A stretch of 64,000 nt of DNA from assembly GCA_965203175.1 (NCBI GenBank), contig OZ241867.1, positions 2,880,001-2,944,000 on the forward strand. The letters run 5' to 3'. Position 1 is the first letter of the stretch. Every line of letters begins with the position of its first letter. Source of the DNA: Candidatus Latescibacterota bacterium. Lineage in GTDB: Bacteria; Latescibacterota; UBA2968; UBA8231. Shown piece after piece: positions 37,892 through 47,959 of the stretch. The translations under genes and the position numbers were made by a program. Below the pieces are notes generated by a model. That model was given only the letters and a program-made list of their open reading frames with translations, did not search any database and was not told where the DNA came from.

Positions 37892-39657
37892 CTCGTCTAT
37901 TGCTGCTACTGGTGATCTGCGCCGCCTGCGAGCCTGCACCACCGGCCATTCCTGGTCCGTTCCAAGTGGTCGAGGATGCGGGTCTCGATTTTACCTACAC
38001 CAACGGTGCCGCGGGCGATTACTTTCTCATTGAGACCATGGGGGCTGGCGGGGCTTTCCTCGACTACGACCAAGATGGCTGGCTCGACATCTACTTGGTG
38101 GATGGATTCGACTTGTCGCATCTGCGCGGCCAGTACCCGCCGATCAATCTCAGCTACCGCGACGAGACCCACTACTGGGTAGAAAAGGACTACCGGCCCG
38201 GTCTGAGCTTTGAGGGCCTAGTGGATGAGAGTGCCTATCAAGTAGCCCCGGCCACCGCCCGCCCACCCAAGGGCAACAAACTCTACCGCAACGAGGGAGA
38301 CGGGACGTTTCGCGAGGTAGAAGGTGCGGCCGGGGCGGGCGATACTGGCTATGGCATGGGCGTGGCTGTCGGCGACTTTGACGCGGACGGCGACCCGGAT
38401 CTCTATGTCACCAACTACGGTTCCAACGTTCTTTACCGCAACGACGGTGGTGCGTTTGTCGATGTTACTGAAAAAGCCGGCGTGGGCGATCCGCGCTGGA
38501 GTACCAGTGCCCTGTTCTTCGACTACGACGCCGATGGCGATCTCGACCTTTACGCGGCCAATTACCTCGACTTCTACCCGGCCAACAACCGCGTTTGCGG
38601 CGGCACTATCACCCCTAAGAGCCGGCGCAAAGAGTTGCTGAAAATTCCCTTCGCCCTGCGCACCTATTGCAGCCCGCGCCGCTACAATGGCGTCCCGGAT
38701 GTGCTCTACCGCAACGATGGCGCTACCTTTGTCGATATCACCGAACAGGCGGGGGTCTTCAACCGCTTTGGCAAGGGCTTGGGGGCGCTGGCCGGCGACA
38801 TTGACGCGGATGGCGATTTGGATCTGTACGTGGCCAATGACGGGGTCCGCAATGCGCTTTACCGCAACGACGGCGGCACCTTCGTCGATATCGCGCTCGT
38901 CGCGGGGGCCGCGTACAATGGCAACGGCCAGGCCGAGGCTGGCATGGGCGTGGCTGCTGGCGACTTTGACGCGGACGGCGACCCGGACCTTTTCGTCACC
39001 AATTTCTCGCGCGAGAGCAATACGCTCTACCGCAACGACGGTGCGCTTCGCTTCACCGACAGCGGGGATGCTATCGGCCTCGCCGATCCGAGTTTGCGCC
39101 CCTTGGGCTTTGGCACCCTGTTTTTCGACGCGGACAACGACGCCGACCTCGACCTCTTCGTCGCCAATGGGCATGTCATGGACCGGATTCAGCTCCTCGA
39201 AGAAGACCTCCGCTACGCCCAACCCGATCAGCTTTTCGCCAATAGCGGCGGCCAGTTCCGCGACGTGTCGGCGGCGGCCGGCCCGGCCTTTGCTCGGATT
39301 GCGGTCTCGCGTGGCGCAGCGTATGGCGACTACGACGCGGATGGCGACCTCGACTTGTTGGTCACCCATGCCAGCGGTCCGGCGGTCCTCTACCGCAACG
39401 ACCTGCCGCCTCGTTCTCATTGGCTCTTGGTGGAGGGCCTAGTGGCCGGTGCCCGCGTCCGCCTGCGGTGCGATGGCCACCAGCAGACGCGGACCGTCAC
39501 CGCTGGCGGCAGCTACCTGTCAGCCAGCGATCCGCGCCTCCACTTTGGCTTGGGGACTTGCACCCGCATAGAGCATCTCGAAATCCGCTGGCCGGATGGT
39601 GCGCGGACGGACCACTACGACTTGGCCGCCGACCAAGTACTCGACAGCGGACGATGA
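37888..39657 (+). CDS. CRTAC1 family (FG-GAP plus ASPIC/UnbV) lipoprotein
   Basis: GTG start overlaps the upstream stop; lipobox CAAC; ETMGAGGAFLDYD; GSYLSASDPRLHFGLG. Confidence 0.85.
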   Translation: MTRLLLLLVICAACEPAPPAIPGPFQVVEDAGLDFTYTNGAAGDYFLIETMGAGGAFLDYDQDGWLDIYLVDGFDLSHLRGQYPPINLSYRDETHYWVEKDYRPGLSFEGLVDESAYQVAPATARPPKGNKLYRNEGDGTFREVEGAAGAGDTGYGMGVAVGDFDADGDPDLYVTNYGSNVLYRNDGGAFVDVTEKAGVGDPRWSTSALFFDYDADGDLDLYAANYLDFYPANNRVCGGTITPKSRRKELLKIPFALRTYCSPRRYNGVPDVLYRNDGATFVDITEQAGVFNRFGKGLGALAGDIDADGDLDLYVANDGVRNALYRNDGGTFVDIALVAGAAYNGNGQAEAGMGVAAGDFDADGDPDLFVTNFSRESNTLYRNDGALRFTDSGDAIGLADPSLRPLGFGTLFFDADNDADLDLFVANGHVMDRIQLLEEDLRYAQPDQLFANSGGQFRDVSAAAGPAFARIAVSRGAAYGDYDADGDLDLLVTHASGPAVLYRNDLPPRSHWLLVEGLVAGARVRLRCDGHQQTRTVTAGGSYLSASDPRLHFGLGTCTRIEHLEIRWPDGARTDHYDLAADQVLDSGR

Positions 39658-41252
39658 ACCAGCGCGAACGCCTGCTCCACGCTCTGATCCTGCTGTTGGC
39701 CGGTGCTGCGCTCTGCTATGGCTGGAAACTGTACTGGTTCCTCACCGACGATGCCTACATTTCCTTTCGCTACGTAAGCAACTGGGCTTTGGGCCACGGC
39801 CCGGTGTGGAATCCGCCCCCGTTTCGTCCGGTCGAAGGCTACACCAATTTTCTGTGGATCGTCCTGCTGTATGGGGTCTGGCAGGCCTTGGACGTTGTCC
39901 CTCCCGCAGCGGCCAACTACCTCGCCTTGTGCTTTGCCCTGTGTTCGGTGTACATCGCTTCACAGATGCTGCTGCGCTTGCCTTGGTCGCCCGGGCTGCG
40001 CCCCTATCGCTTGGTCTTTCTCGCCCTTTTGCTGCTCGCAGTGGTCACCAACCGCACCTTCTTGGCTTGGAGCAGTTCGGGCTTAGAAACGGCGCTGTTT
40101 GGTTGCACGGTCCTCGCTTGGACTTGGGCTTGCGCTTTTGTTGCTCCTAGCCACCGGAGGTGGCCCTTAGTTATTTCCGCTGCCGCCGCCGGTATCTATC
40201 TGACGCGTCCCGATGGCTTGCTTTTTCTCAGTGCCACTGCGGTCGCGCTCTTTTGGGCTTGGCGCACTGGCTGCTATCCCGCTCGGCGGCTCGCCCAAGC
40301 CCTGCCCCTGCTGGCCGCGCCGCTGCACCTAGTCTGGCGTCAGAGCTTGTACGGCGAATGGCTGCCCAATACCTATTACGCCAAAGCCATCGGAGCTTGG
40401 CCGGCCAGCGGTTTCCGCTACGCGCTCTCTTTTGTCCTCGAATACGCCCTGTGGACGTGGGGGCTACTTTTGATCTATGTGCTATGGAAAAAGAAGGAGG
40501 CGCTCAGGCCGTCTTGGCATGGACTGCTGGCCGCGCTCGCACTGTGCGGACACGCTGCGTACTACACGTTCGTCCACGGTGGAGACCACTTTGAGTATCG
40601 AATTTACGCGCACTTGGTGCCCTTGTGCTACCTCGCCTTTGCGTGGTGCCTAAACGCCGTGGGAGTCCAACCGAAAAAAGCGCTTGCGGCGCTCGGCCTC
40701 GCGGTTGTGCTTTCCTGGCCGGTTCCTTGGATCCATTGGTCCCAGACCCACCACATCGCCAGCCGCGGCCAGACCTTGCAACTCAAAGTGCCCGTGGCTC
40801 CTCACTTTCCCGCTCCAATCCGCTGGTACGCCGCTGCTTTTGACGAGCTGCAATTTTGGCTCATCGACCGCTTCGTCTGCATTCGCCACCAAGAGCACAA
40901 AACCAACGCGGAATTCCTCGCCGGGATGTTTCCTCCGCGTGCTCAGGGTCAGTTTCTGCCCGCGGCCAACTATCCGGTTTTTTTCTTCCCCGCCATTGGC
41001 ATCCCGGCCTGGCGCTTGCCGCACATCAACATCCTCGACGTTCACGGCCTCAACGACTACGTCATCGCCCGTACGCCCCCCGAGCCGACCGCCGAGCGCA
41101 TGATGGCCCACGAGCGCACGCCGCCGGCCGGTTATGTAGAGTGCTTCCAGCCCAATGTCCGCCTCGTCGCCCCTGGGCAAGTTAAAGTGTTTCCCCGCGC
41201 ACTGTCAGCCGACGACATTGCCGACTGCGAGACCCGTTGGGCGGCCCGTTAG
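39654..41252 (+). CDS. AftB-like GT-C membrane glycosyltransferase
   Basis: DDAYISFRY..N..G.G.VWN..VEGYT, SGLET, TRPDG, LPNTYYAK and D..GLND motifs; ATGA overlap with upstream gene. Confidence 0.7.
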   Translation: MNQRERLLHALILLLAGAALCYGWKLYWFLTDDAYISFRYVSNWALGHGPVWNPPPFRPVEGYTNFLWIVLLYGVWQALDVVPPAAANYLALCFALCSVYIASQMLLRLPWSPGLRPYRLVFLALLLLAVVTNRTFLAWSSSGLETALFGCTVLAWTWACAFVAPSHRRWPLVISAAAAGIYLTRPDGLLFLSATAVALFWAWRTGCYPARRLAQALPLLAAPLHLVWRQSLYGEWLPNTYYAKAIGAWPASGFRYALSFVLEYALWTWGLLLIYVLWKKKEALRPSWHGLLAALALCGHAAYYTFVHGGDHFEYRIYAHLVPLCYLAFAWCLNAVGVQPKKALAALGLAVVLSWPVPWIHWSQTHHIASRGQTLQLKVPVAPHFPAPIRWYAAAFDELQFWLIDRFVCIRHQEHKTNAEFLAGMFPPRAQGQFLPAANYPVFFFPAIGIPAWRLPHINILDVHGLNDYVIARTPPEPTAERMMAHERTPPAGYVECFQPNVRLVAPGQVKVFPRALSADDIADCETRWAAR

Positions 41253-41366
41253 GTACTCTCACCTTCTGGGTGCAGGTTTAGATAGCATTCGTAAGTAGGC
41301 CAAAGCGGGGATTGGCTCAAGAGGTGTGGGGATGGTTATATTGCAAAGCCAGAAAGGAGAGCCTGT

Positions 41367-42380
41367 ATGCGTCTGCTACTAATTTGGGCTGTCGCGCTCG
41401 TTGCAGCCGGATGCGGTGGGTCCGGCGAATCGGGCGACGAGCCCACGGAGAAGAAAATCGTTTGGTACGCCCTGATGGTTCACCCCTATGTCGAAGAGGT
41501 GCAAAAAGGGGTGATCGGCTATGAGCGCGACACCGGGATCAAGATCAAGCGCCAGATCGGCCAAAACTGGACCCAAGACAACGAAAACGCCAACGTCGAG
41601 CCGCTGGCTGCTCAGGGCTACAAGGGCTTCTCGCTCTACCCCGCCGACGCCAGCGCTGCCAATGGACTCTACGAGGAATTGGTGCAAAACGGGGCCTATG
41701 TCGTCAGCTATGGAGCGCCGACGACGCTGCCGACGCCGGCGTCGTTTTGCGTGGCGACCGATGTTAAACAGGCGGCGATGGAAGCCACCGAGGCGCTAAT
41801 CGGCTTTATGGACGGCAAGGGGAATATCCTCAACGTGCTCGAACTGGTCGAAGACCCGAACACCATTCTGCGCAAAGAAGGTGTCGAGGCAGCGGTAGCC
41901 AAATACCCAGAGGTCCAGATCATCCAGGAAATCGCCGGCATGGAGTCGATTGAGACCAGCACGGCCAAGATCCAAGACGCACTCTCGGCGCGGATCGAGG
42001 AGATCGACGGCGTGATTTGTACGGGGTACACTCCCACCGTGGCCGCGGCGACCATTCTGTCGGAGTGGAACCAAACTCCGGACAACAAGCGCATCCACTT
42101 CGTCGGCATCGACACGGACTCGGTGGTGCTCGACGCGATCCGCCAGGGGGCCATCGACGCGACCATCTCGCAAAACCCCTATGGCCACGGCTATATCACG
42201 TGCGCTCTCCTGAGCTATCTGCTCGACGGCTGGCTGGCCAATCCCGACCACTACTTCATCAACTCGGGCACGGTGCTGGTGACCAAGGACAACGTCGATA
42301 CCTTTGAGGATGAAGTCAGGGCCATCACCGCGCAGATTATGGGCGAGTTGGAGACCAAATACCTCAGCCCACCTCGCTAA
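41367..42380 (+). CDS. Sugar ABC transporter substrate-binding lipoprotein (RbsB-like)
   Basis: Lipobox AAGC; VGIDT..AIRQG.I.ATISQNPYGHGY. Confidence 0.85.
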   Translation: MRLLLIWAVALVAAGCGGSGESGDEPTEKKIVWYALMVHPYVEEVQKGVIGYERDTGIKIKRQIGQNWTQDNENANVEPLAAQGYKGFSLYPADASAANGLYEELVQNGAYVVSYGAPTTLPTPASFCVATDVKQAAMEATEALIGFMDGKGNILNVLELVEDPNTILRKEGVEAAVAKYPEVQIIQEIAGMESIETSTAKIQDALSARIEEIDGVICTGYTPTVAAATILSEWNQTPDNKRIHFVGIDTDSVVLDAIRQGAIDATISQNPYGHGYITCALLSYLLDGWLANPDHYFINSGTVLVTKDNVDTFEDEVRAITAQIMGELETKYLSPPR

Positions 42381-42383
42381 TTC

Positions 42384-43892
42384 GTGCTCGAACTGCAATC
42401 CATCAGCAAGCGCTTTCCCGGCGTCCGGGCACTGGATGACGTGTCGCTCTCGTTCCAGCCGGGCCAGATCCACGCCTTAGTCGGCGAAAACGGCGCAGGT
42501 AAGAGCACCCTGCTCAAAATTGTCACCGGGATATACCAGCCCGACGCCGGGAGGATGATCTTCGACGGTGCGCCGCTGCGCGTGCGCAACTGCCGCGACT
42601 GTCTCGACCGCGGCATTGGCTTGGTCCACCAAGAAATCCAGGTGGTAGCCGAGGCCAGCGTCGCCGAGAACATCATGCTCGACAAGTTGGACGACTTCAG
42701 CCGGTGGGGCCGCCTCGACTGGCCGCGGCTGGCCGATCAGGCGCAGGCTGCGATGGCGCGGGTCGGGCTGGACATCGACCCGCAAGTGCCCATTGGCGAT
42801 TTGAGCGCGGCGCACAAGCAGCTCGTGCAGATTGCCCGGGTGCTGTCGGCCGAGGCGCGGGTGTTGCTATTAGACGAGCCGACGTCGTCGCTTACCGAGC
42901 ACGAAGCGGCCCGCCTGTTTGGCATTTTGCGCCAGTTGCAGGAAGCGGGCGTGGCCATCGTCTTTGTCTCGCACAAGTTCGACGAGGTCTATCAAATCGG
43001 CGACCAAGTCAGCGTGTTGCGGGACGGGCGACACGTGGGTACGAGGAAATTGGCTGGCCTACCGCGCGCCGAGTTAATCGAGATGATGATCGGCCGGCGG
43101 GCAGAGACGGCTTCGTTTGGCATGCCAGTGGTGGATCGGGCGCGGGAGGTGCTCAGGGTCGAAGGGCTGTACGCGTTGGGCCAGACGCACGACGTGAGTT
43201 TTTCGCTCTACGCTGGCGAGATTTTGGGTTTGTACGGCTTGGTGGGAGCCGGGCGCACCGAGCTGGCGCGGTTGCTAGTCGGAGCCGAGCAGGCCGAGCG
43301 CGGTGCCGTCTATATCCACGGGACCAAAGCGCGGATCGGCTCGGTGGCTGACAGCCTGTACAAATACAGCATGGGCTATGTAACCGAAAACCGCAAAGAA
43401 GAGGGCCTGCTGCTGGAATCAGCCGTACGGACCAATCTCGGCATTACTATATGGGAGCGGATCGTTGGCAAGTTCACCCGCCGGATCGACGACCGGGCGG
43501 AGACCCAAAGCGCGCAGGCGATGATTGCAGCGCTGGATATTCGCACGACGGGTTTGGAGCAGGAGGTAGCTAACCTCAGCGGTGGCAATCAGCAGAAGGT
43601 CAGCTTGGGCAAGTGGCTGACGGCCGGCTGCGACATCCTGATCGTCGATGAGCCGACCGTTGGGGTGGATATCCAAGCCAAGGCACAGATCCACCGCTTG
43701 CTCTGGGACTTGGCGGCCAAAGAAGGTAAGGCCATCATTTTGATCTCGTCGGACATGCCGGAGATCATCAGCTTGGCGGGGCGGATTCTCGTCTTTAAGG
43801 ACAAGCAGATCGTCCACGAGATCGCCGAGATTCACGAGCAGGGCTTGAGCTACGACGCGATAAGCCGCCGCATCGGCCTGCATCTGAATTGA
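42384..43892 (+). CDS. Sugar ABC transporter ATP-binding protein (RbsA-like, two ABC domains)
   Basis: GENGAGKST, LDEPT, LSGGNQQK and DEPTVGVD motifs. Confidence 0.92.
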   Translation: MLELQSISKRFPGVRALDDVSLSFQPGQIHALVGENGAGKSTLLKIVTGIYQPDAGRMIFDGAPLRVRNCRDCLDRGIGLVHQEIQVVAEASVAENIMLDKLDDFSRWGRLDWPRLADQAQAAMARVGLDIDPQVPIGDLSAAHKQLVQIARVLSAEARVLLLDEPTSSLTEHEAARLFGILRQLQEAGVAIVFVSHKFDEVYQIGDQVSVLRDGRHVGTRKLAGLPRAELIEMMIGRRAETASFGMPVVDRAREVLRVEGLYALGQTHDVSFSLYAGEILGLYGLVGAGRTELARLLVGAEQAERGAVYIHGTKARIGSVADSLYKYSMGYVTENRKEEGLLLESAVRTNLGITIWERIVGKFTRRIDDRAETQSAQAMIAALDIRTTGLEQEVANLSGGNQQKVSLGKWLTAGCDILIVDEPTVGVDIQAKAQIHRLLWDLAAKEGKAIILISSDMPEIISLAGRILVFKDKQIVHEIAEIHEQGLSYDAISRRIGLHLN

Positions 43893-43894
43893 TT

Positions 43895-44854
43895 ATGGAA
43901 CGCCTACGCAGACTCATGCAGCACAACGACTCGGGGATCGCCTTGTCCGCGGGGTTGTTGTTTGTGGGATGTGCGCTCAGCTCGGAGAGCTTTCTGTCGG
44001 CGTACAACCTCTTCAACATCTCGCGGATCGTTGCGTTCTCCGTGTTGGTGGCGCTGGCTCAGGCGCTGGTGCTGGTCGCTGGGGGGATGAATCTTTCCGT
44101 GGGGGCCATTGGCGGCTTGGCGACTATTACCACTGGGTACTGCATTCAGGTGTTGGGTTTGCCGGGGTGGTTAGCGGCGTTGGTAGCACTGGGGATTGGC
44201 GGTGTGGCCGGGTGGGTCAACGGGGTCATCATCACGCGGTTGCAGATCAATTCCTTTATCGCCACGCTGGCCACGCTTTTTGTCTTTACGGGGCTAGTGC
44301 ATGGGTTTTCCGAAGGCTACGCCTACACGGATATTCCACGGGAATTCACATTCTTAGGACGGCAGAAGTTTTTGGGACTGTCGAATTTGTTCTGGACGAT
44401 GGGGCTGGTATTGCTGGCGACGCACTACGCATTCCGGCACACGGTCTTCGGGCGGCGGCTGTTGGCGACTGGGGGGAATCAGGAGGCGGCTCGGTTGGCG
44501 GGGATCAATACCGACCGGATGATTTTGTTGTCGCACGTGCTGTCGGGCGGAGTGGGGGCGCTGGCCGCGGTGTTGTGGGTTTCGCGGATGGGGTCGGCGC
44601 AACCGGCGACGGGTAAGGACTGGCTGATCACTAGCTTTGCGGTGGCTATTGTCGGCGGGACTGGGCTGGCGGGAGGGCGCATCTCGGCGCTGGGACTGCT
44701 GTTAGGGGCGGTCATCATCGTCCTCATCAAAAATGGCTTGGTGATGCTGGAGGCCAACGTCTATTACGAGCAGGCGTTTTTGGGGTCGATAATCTTGTTG
44801 GCCGTGGTGGTGAGTCGGGTGCGGGATTTGTATGGGGGGCGAGGTGGAGGCTAG
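43895..44854 (+). CDS. Sugar ABC transporter permease (RbsC-like)
   Basis: GGMNLSVG, SFIATLA, GGNQEAARLAGI and AIVGGT motifs. Confidence 0.9.
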   Translation: MERLRRLMQHNDSGIALSAGLLFVGCALSSESFLSAYNLFNISRIVAFSVLVALAQALVLVAGGMNLSVGAIGGLATITTGYCIQVLGLPGWLAALVALGIGGVAGWVNGVIITRLQINSFIATLATLFVFTGLVHGFSEGYAYTDIPREFTFLGRQKFLGLSNLFWTMGLVLLATHYAFRHTVFGRRLLATGGNQEAARLAGINTDRMILLSHVLSGGVGALAAVLWVSRMGSAQPATGKDWLITSFAVAIVGGTGLAGGRISALGLLLGAVIIVLIKNGLVMLEANVYYEQAFLGSIILLAVVVSRVRDLYGGRGGG

Positions 44855-44962
44855 CGAGTTGGTCTCAATCGGTCGCGAAAGCAGAGACGTTCATTAGGCC
44901 AGATGTCCTCTCGGGAAGTTGAGGTTATCGGTCTGTTCCTTGATTAGTAAAGTGCGATCTCA

Positions 44963-44987
44963 TATAATGATACTATATCGATATCAT
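44963..44987 (+). promoter_or_regulatory. -10 box (TATAAT) overlapped by an inverted repeat, probable antitoxin operator
   Basis: TATAAT at 44963-44968; ATGATA-N9-TATCAT at 44967-44987. Confidence 0.55.
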
Positions 44988-45016
44988 ACTTTAGTTTCAT
45001 TTTAAGGAGGTGCGCC

Positions 45017-45289
45017 TTGGCAGACATTCTGAAGAACATGACCCTACGCGGACTAGATCCCCAGCTTGCCGCTAAGTTGAGGGAGGAGGCCGAGCGGGAA
45101 GGCAAGAGCGTAAACCAGACGGCACTGGACGCCCTGCGCAAGCAGTTCGGATTGGACAAATCCCGTCGGTTCACCGAGGTCCATCACGACTTGGATCACC
45201 TTTTCGGACGCTGGGACGAGGACGAGTTCACCCAGATTCAGCAGAAGATCGACTCCGAGCGGCGCATTGATTCGGAACTGTGGCAGTGA
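45017..45289 (+). CDS. FitA-like ribbon-helix-helix antitoxin
   Basis: MTLRGLDPQL..KLR..A..EGKSVNQ; RBS AAGGAGG; stop overlaps the PIN gene start. Confidence 0.75.
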   Translation: MADILKNMTLRGLDPQLAAKLREEAEREGKSVNQTALDALRKQFGLDKSRRFTEVHHDLDHLFGRWDEDEFTQIQQKIDSERRIDSELWQ

Positions 45290-45732
45290 ACGAATTCTTG
45301 ATTGATACCAATATCTACTCGCACGCCATGCGCGCAGAGCCGGCGGTTGTGTCTCTATTGCGGCGAGCCTCGCGGATCGTACTGAGTTCGATAAGCATAG
45401 GGGAACTGCTATCGGGCTTCAAGGGCGGGACACAGGAACGCAAAAACCGCGAAGAGTTGGCTGAATTCCTCGATACGCGACGCGTGTCGATATGTGGCGT
45501 CAGCGAGGATACAGCCGAGTTCTATGCCGAGGTCCTCAATGGGTTGAGGAATGCCGGAACTCCGATCCCGACGAACGACATCTGGATTGCGGCGCAGGCC
45601 ATGGAGCACGGTTTGCGATTGGTCTCGATGGATCGCCATTTCGCATCCGTGGCGGGGTTGCTTCTGGTTTCACCGGAGCCGTCCATGCCGCAAGGGGAGA
45701 ACGGAGAACCGGACGAACAACCGGGAAGCTGA
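45286..45732 (+). CDS. vapC: VapC/PIN-domain toxin
   Basis: LIDTN, IGEL, GTPIPTNDIWIAA and DRHF motifs. Confidence 0.9.
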   Translation: MNEFLIDTNIYSHAMRAEPAVVSLLRRASRIVLSSISIGELLSGFKGGTQERKNREELAEFLDTRRVSICGVSEDTAEFYAEVLNGLRNAGTPIPTNDIWIAAQAMEHGLRLVSMDRHFASVAGLLLVSPEPSMPQGENGEPDEQPGS

Positions 45733-45783
45733 GCGGTTCCAGAAATAAATCAGGCTGCGAGCGTCGTTACACAAAGGCGAATT

Positions 45784-46818
45784 ATGTACCAACAGTTGGA
45801 CTCCATCACGCTCAAATCCGGTGAAGTTGTACAAGCTGGCGTCGTGCAAGGCCCTGATCTCGACTGGGCCGAGCGCGTCGAGACTCTATTGAGCCACAAA
45901 GGCCCGTCTTGGCGCTGGGGCAACGAACAGGTACTACGCACCCAGACGGGCCTCGACGTCTTCTTCTATCTGCTGCACCGCGATGGCGATCCCTTTGCCA
46001 ATATAATGACCATTGAATACCGCGGCGTGGGGCTGCTCGGTCATGTGTACACCCGTCCCGAAGACCGCCGCCAAGGCGCTGCCATGCAGCTAATGGCCTG
46101 TGTCATGGAGCACTTTAGGCAGCGCGGTGGCCAAGCCTTGTCCTTAGGTACGGGCTACGATACGCCGCCTTATCACATCTATCGGGTCAATGGCTTTGCC
46201 GGGGTCGAGCCTGAAAGCGGTTATATGGACTATTACAGCACCTCGCAAGACGAATTCGATACGGCTTATTTCGCGCCGGGTTCCACGGCTATAGAACCGG
46301 TTGGCTGGCTCCATTGGCCCGTTTCGATCCCTCTGTTCTTGGGTGATTTTCCCGGCGTGGTGCGCGGCACTGGCTTGGGTGTATGGGGTCGCCGCTCCAC
46401 TGAGGGGCCTTTGCTGCCCTTGCTGCAGGATTGTTTGGAACGCGACTCAAGCAACCTCCCACCCCGTGCGCTGGCTCTGGTGCAACAGGAGACCCGCGCC
46501 GTGGTGGGTTGGGCGATGTGGTCCGACCATCCGCTGTGGCCCGACACCTGTCTAGTGGACTTGTATTGCCATCCGGCTTTTTGGGAGGAGGGAGCCGCCT
46601 TGCTTCAGGCGCTAGAGCTACCGGGGAGCCATACGTGCTTGGCCTATTGTGACGCTGGGTTGCAACCCAAAGCTGCCGCTCTGACTGAGGCTGGCTTTCG
46701 TTGCAGCGCCACCTTAAACGAACGGGTCGCTGCTGATCGGGCGCAAACGGGTTGGGTGGATGTCGAGGTGTGGGAAAACAAGGGGAGTTTTCAAGCCGAC
46801 GGATTGGTGGTGCACTAA
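45784..46818 (+). CDS. GNAT family N-acetyltransferase
   Basis: HVYTRPEDRRQGAA acetyl-CoA motif; Y...GF. Confidence 0.75.
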   Translation: MYQQLDSITLKSGEVVQAGVVQGPDLDWAERVETLLSHKGPSWRWGNEQVLRTQTGLDVFFYLLHRDGDPFANIMTIEYRGVGLLGHVYTRPEDRRQGAAMQLMACVMEHFRQRGGQALSLGTGYDTPPYHIYRVNGFAGVEPESGYMDYYSTSQDEFDTAYFAPGSTAIEPVGWLHWPVSIPLFLGDFPGVVRGTGLGVWGRRSTEGPLLPLLQDCLERDSSNLPPRALALVQQETRAVVGWAMWSDHPLWPDTCLVDLYCHPAFWEEGAALLQALELPGSHTCLAYCDAGLQPKAAALTEAGFRCSATLNERVAADRAQTGWVDVEVWENKGSFQADGLVVH

Positions 46819-47156
46819 TGATACTCTATTTGTCGGGTCGGGATACGGATGATTTGCTGATGGTGTTGGAAGGGGTGACGGGCGTGGTGTTCAAACGGAG
46901 CGACGAGCGCAAGAAGCGAAAGTATTTTGAAAAGGGGGCGCGCAAGGATTCGATGGGCGAGGTTTCGGCGAAGGTTTTTCTCGGTAGTAGCGTCGAGGTG
47001 AAGGCACGAGCGGCGGTGCGGGAGATCGTGGTTGAGGGCGTGCGGTCGAAGCAGGTTGCGGTTGTAATAAAAGGCGAGGGAAATGCGGAGATCGCGTTGG
47101 CCGGGCCGAATCCTGACGAGGGACAATTACAGGCGTTGGCCGATCGGTTAATGTAG
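46818..47156 (+). CDS. Hypothetical protein
   Basis: ATG overlaps the GNAT stop (TAATG); no recognised motif. Confidence 0.45.
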   Translation: MILYLSGRDTDDLLMVLEGVTGVVFKRSDERKKRKYFEKGARKDSMGEVSAKVFLGSSVEVKARAAVREIVVEGVRSKQVAVVIKGEGNAEIALAGPNPDEGQLQALADRLM

Positions 47157-47246
47157 GATGGGTACCTATTGAGTGTGAAGACGCCGATGACATGTTTCAG
47201 AAGCTCAATGTTTGATGCGGCGTCCCTCTGGTGGTTGTTGACAGGG

Positions 47247-47579
47247 TTACTCGGACACGCTCTTCTCCAGTGCTTGCATGATCCAGCTATTCAAGCTCAG
47301 ACCGCTCTCTGCCGCCGAGCGAGCAACGCGCTGATGCAAGTCTGGCCCGAGCCGAACGTTGAGCTTGCCTGAGAAAGGCCTTCGCGGCTCAATGCCGTCT
47401 TCCTCACAGGACTTGAGATACTCGTCGATGGAGCGATGGAACTCGCGCCGAATCCCCTCGACGTCAGTTGCCTCAAAGGTGGCAATCGAATAAGCGCCGC
47501 TGTTGACGACCCGTCCGTGAAGACATCCCACGGAATCGTCGAATTCGACCTTGGCGGCGTATCCTTTGTACTGCATCAT
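47247..47579 (-). CDS. hicB: HicB family antitoxin
   Basis: YKGY..V.FD..G; FSGKLNVRL.P.LH..SLNSWI. Confidence 0.9.
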   Translation of the reverse strand: MMQYKGYAAKVEFDDSVGCLHGRVVNSGAYSIATFEATDVEGIRREFHRSIDEYLKSCEEDGIEPRRPFSGKLNVRLGPDLHQRVARSAAESGLSLNSWIMQALEKSVSE

Positions 47580-47830
47580 GGCTTGACTCCTACGGCTTTG
47601 AGGAACGCGGCGATGTCGCGCACCGTCGCTCTCCCAGTCTCTGGCTCTGGATGGGGTCGGTGAACTACCATCCGTTCTGCTCCCTTCTTCAGCAGAATGC
47701 GCGACCCCGAACGCTGAGACACCTCCACGCCTGCTGCCTTCAGCATGGCAACGATGTCAGTCCACCGGATACCTGCTGGCGTCGGCGTCTTGAGCACATT
47801 CTCCAGCGTGCGCTGATGCTTCGCTCGCAT
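47576..47830 (-). CDS. hicA: HicA family toxin
   Basis: I.W.DI..L...G...SGSR...HRPHP motif. Confidence 0.9.
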   Translation of the reverse strand: MRAKHQRTLENVLKTPTPAGIRWTDIVAMLKAAGVEVSQRSGSRILLKKGAERMVVHRPHPEPETGRATVRDIAAFLKAVGVKP

Positions 47831-47839
47831 TACGATTTA

Positions 47840-47868
47840 ATGGTACTAAACGCAGTACCATGATGCAA
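47840..47868 (-). promoter_or_regulatory. hicAB promoter with palindromic operator
   Basis: ATGGTACT-N6-AGTACCAT at 47840-47861; on the minus strand TTGCAT-N17-TACCAT, then 9 nt to the ATG. Confidence 0.6.
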
Positions 47869-47959
47869 GTTTGTCCCGAGCTGCACGTTGAGCTTGCAGC
47901 TCGATGTCGTTTCCTCTTCATTGAATTTACAAACGCTCATCTTTAGCGGAGACGACAAC

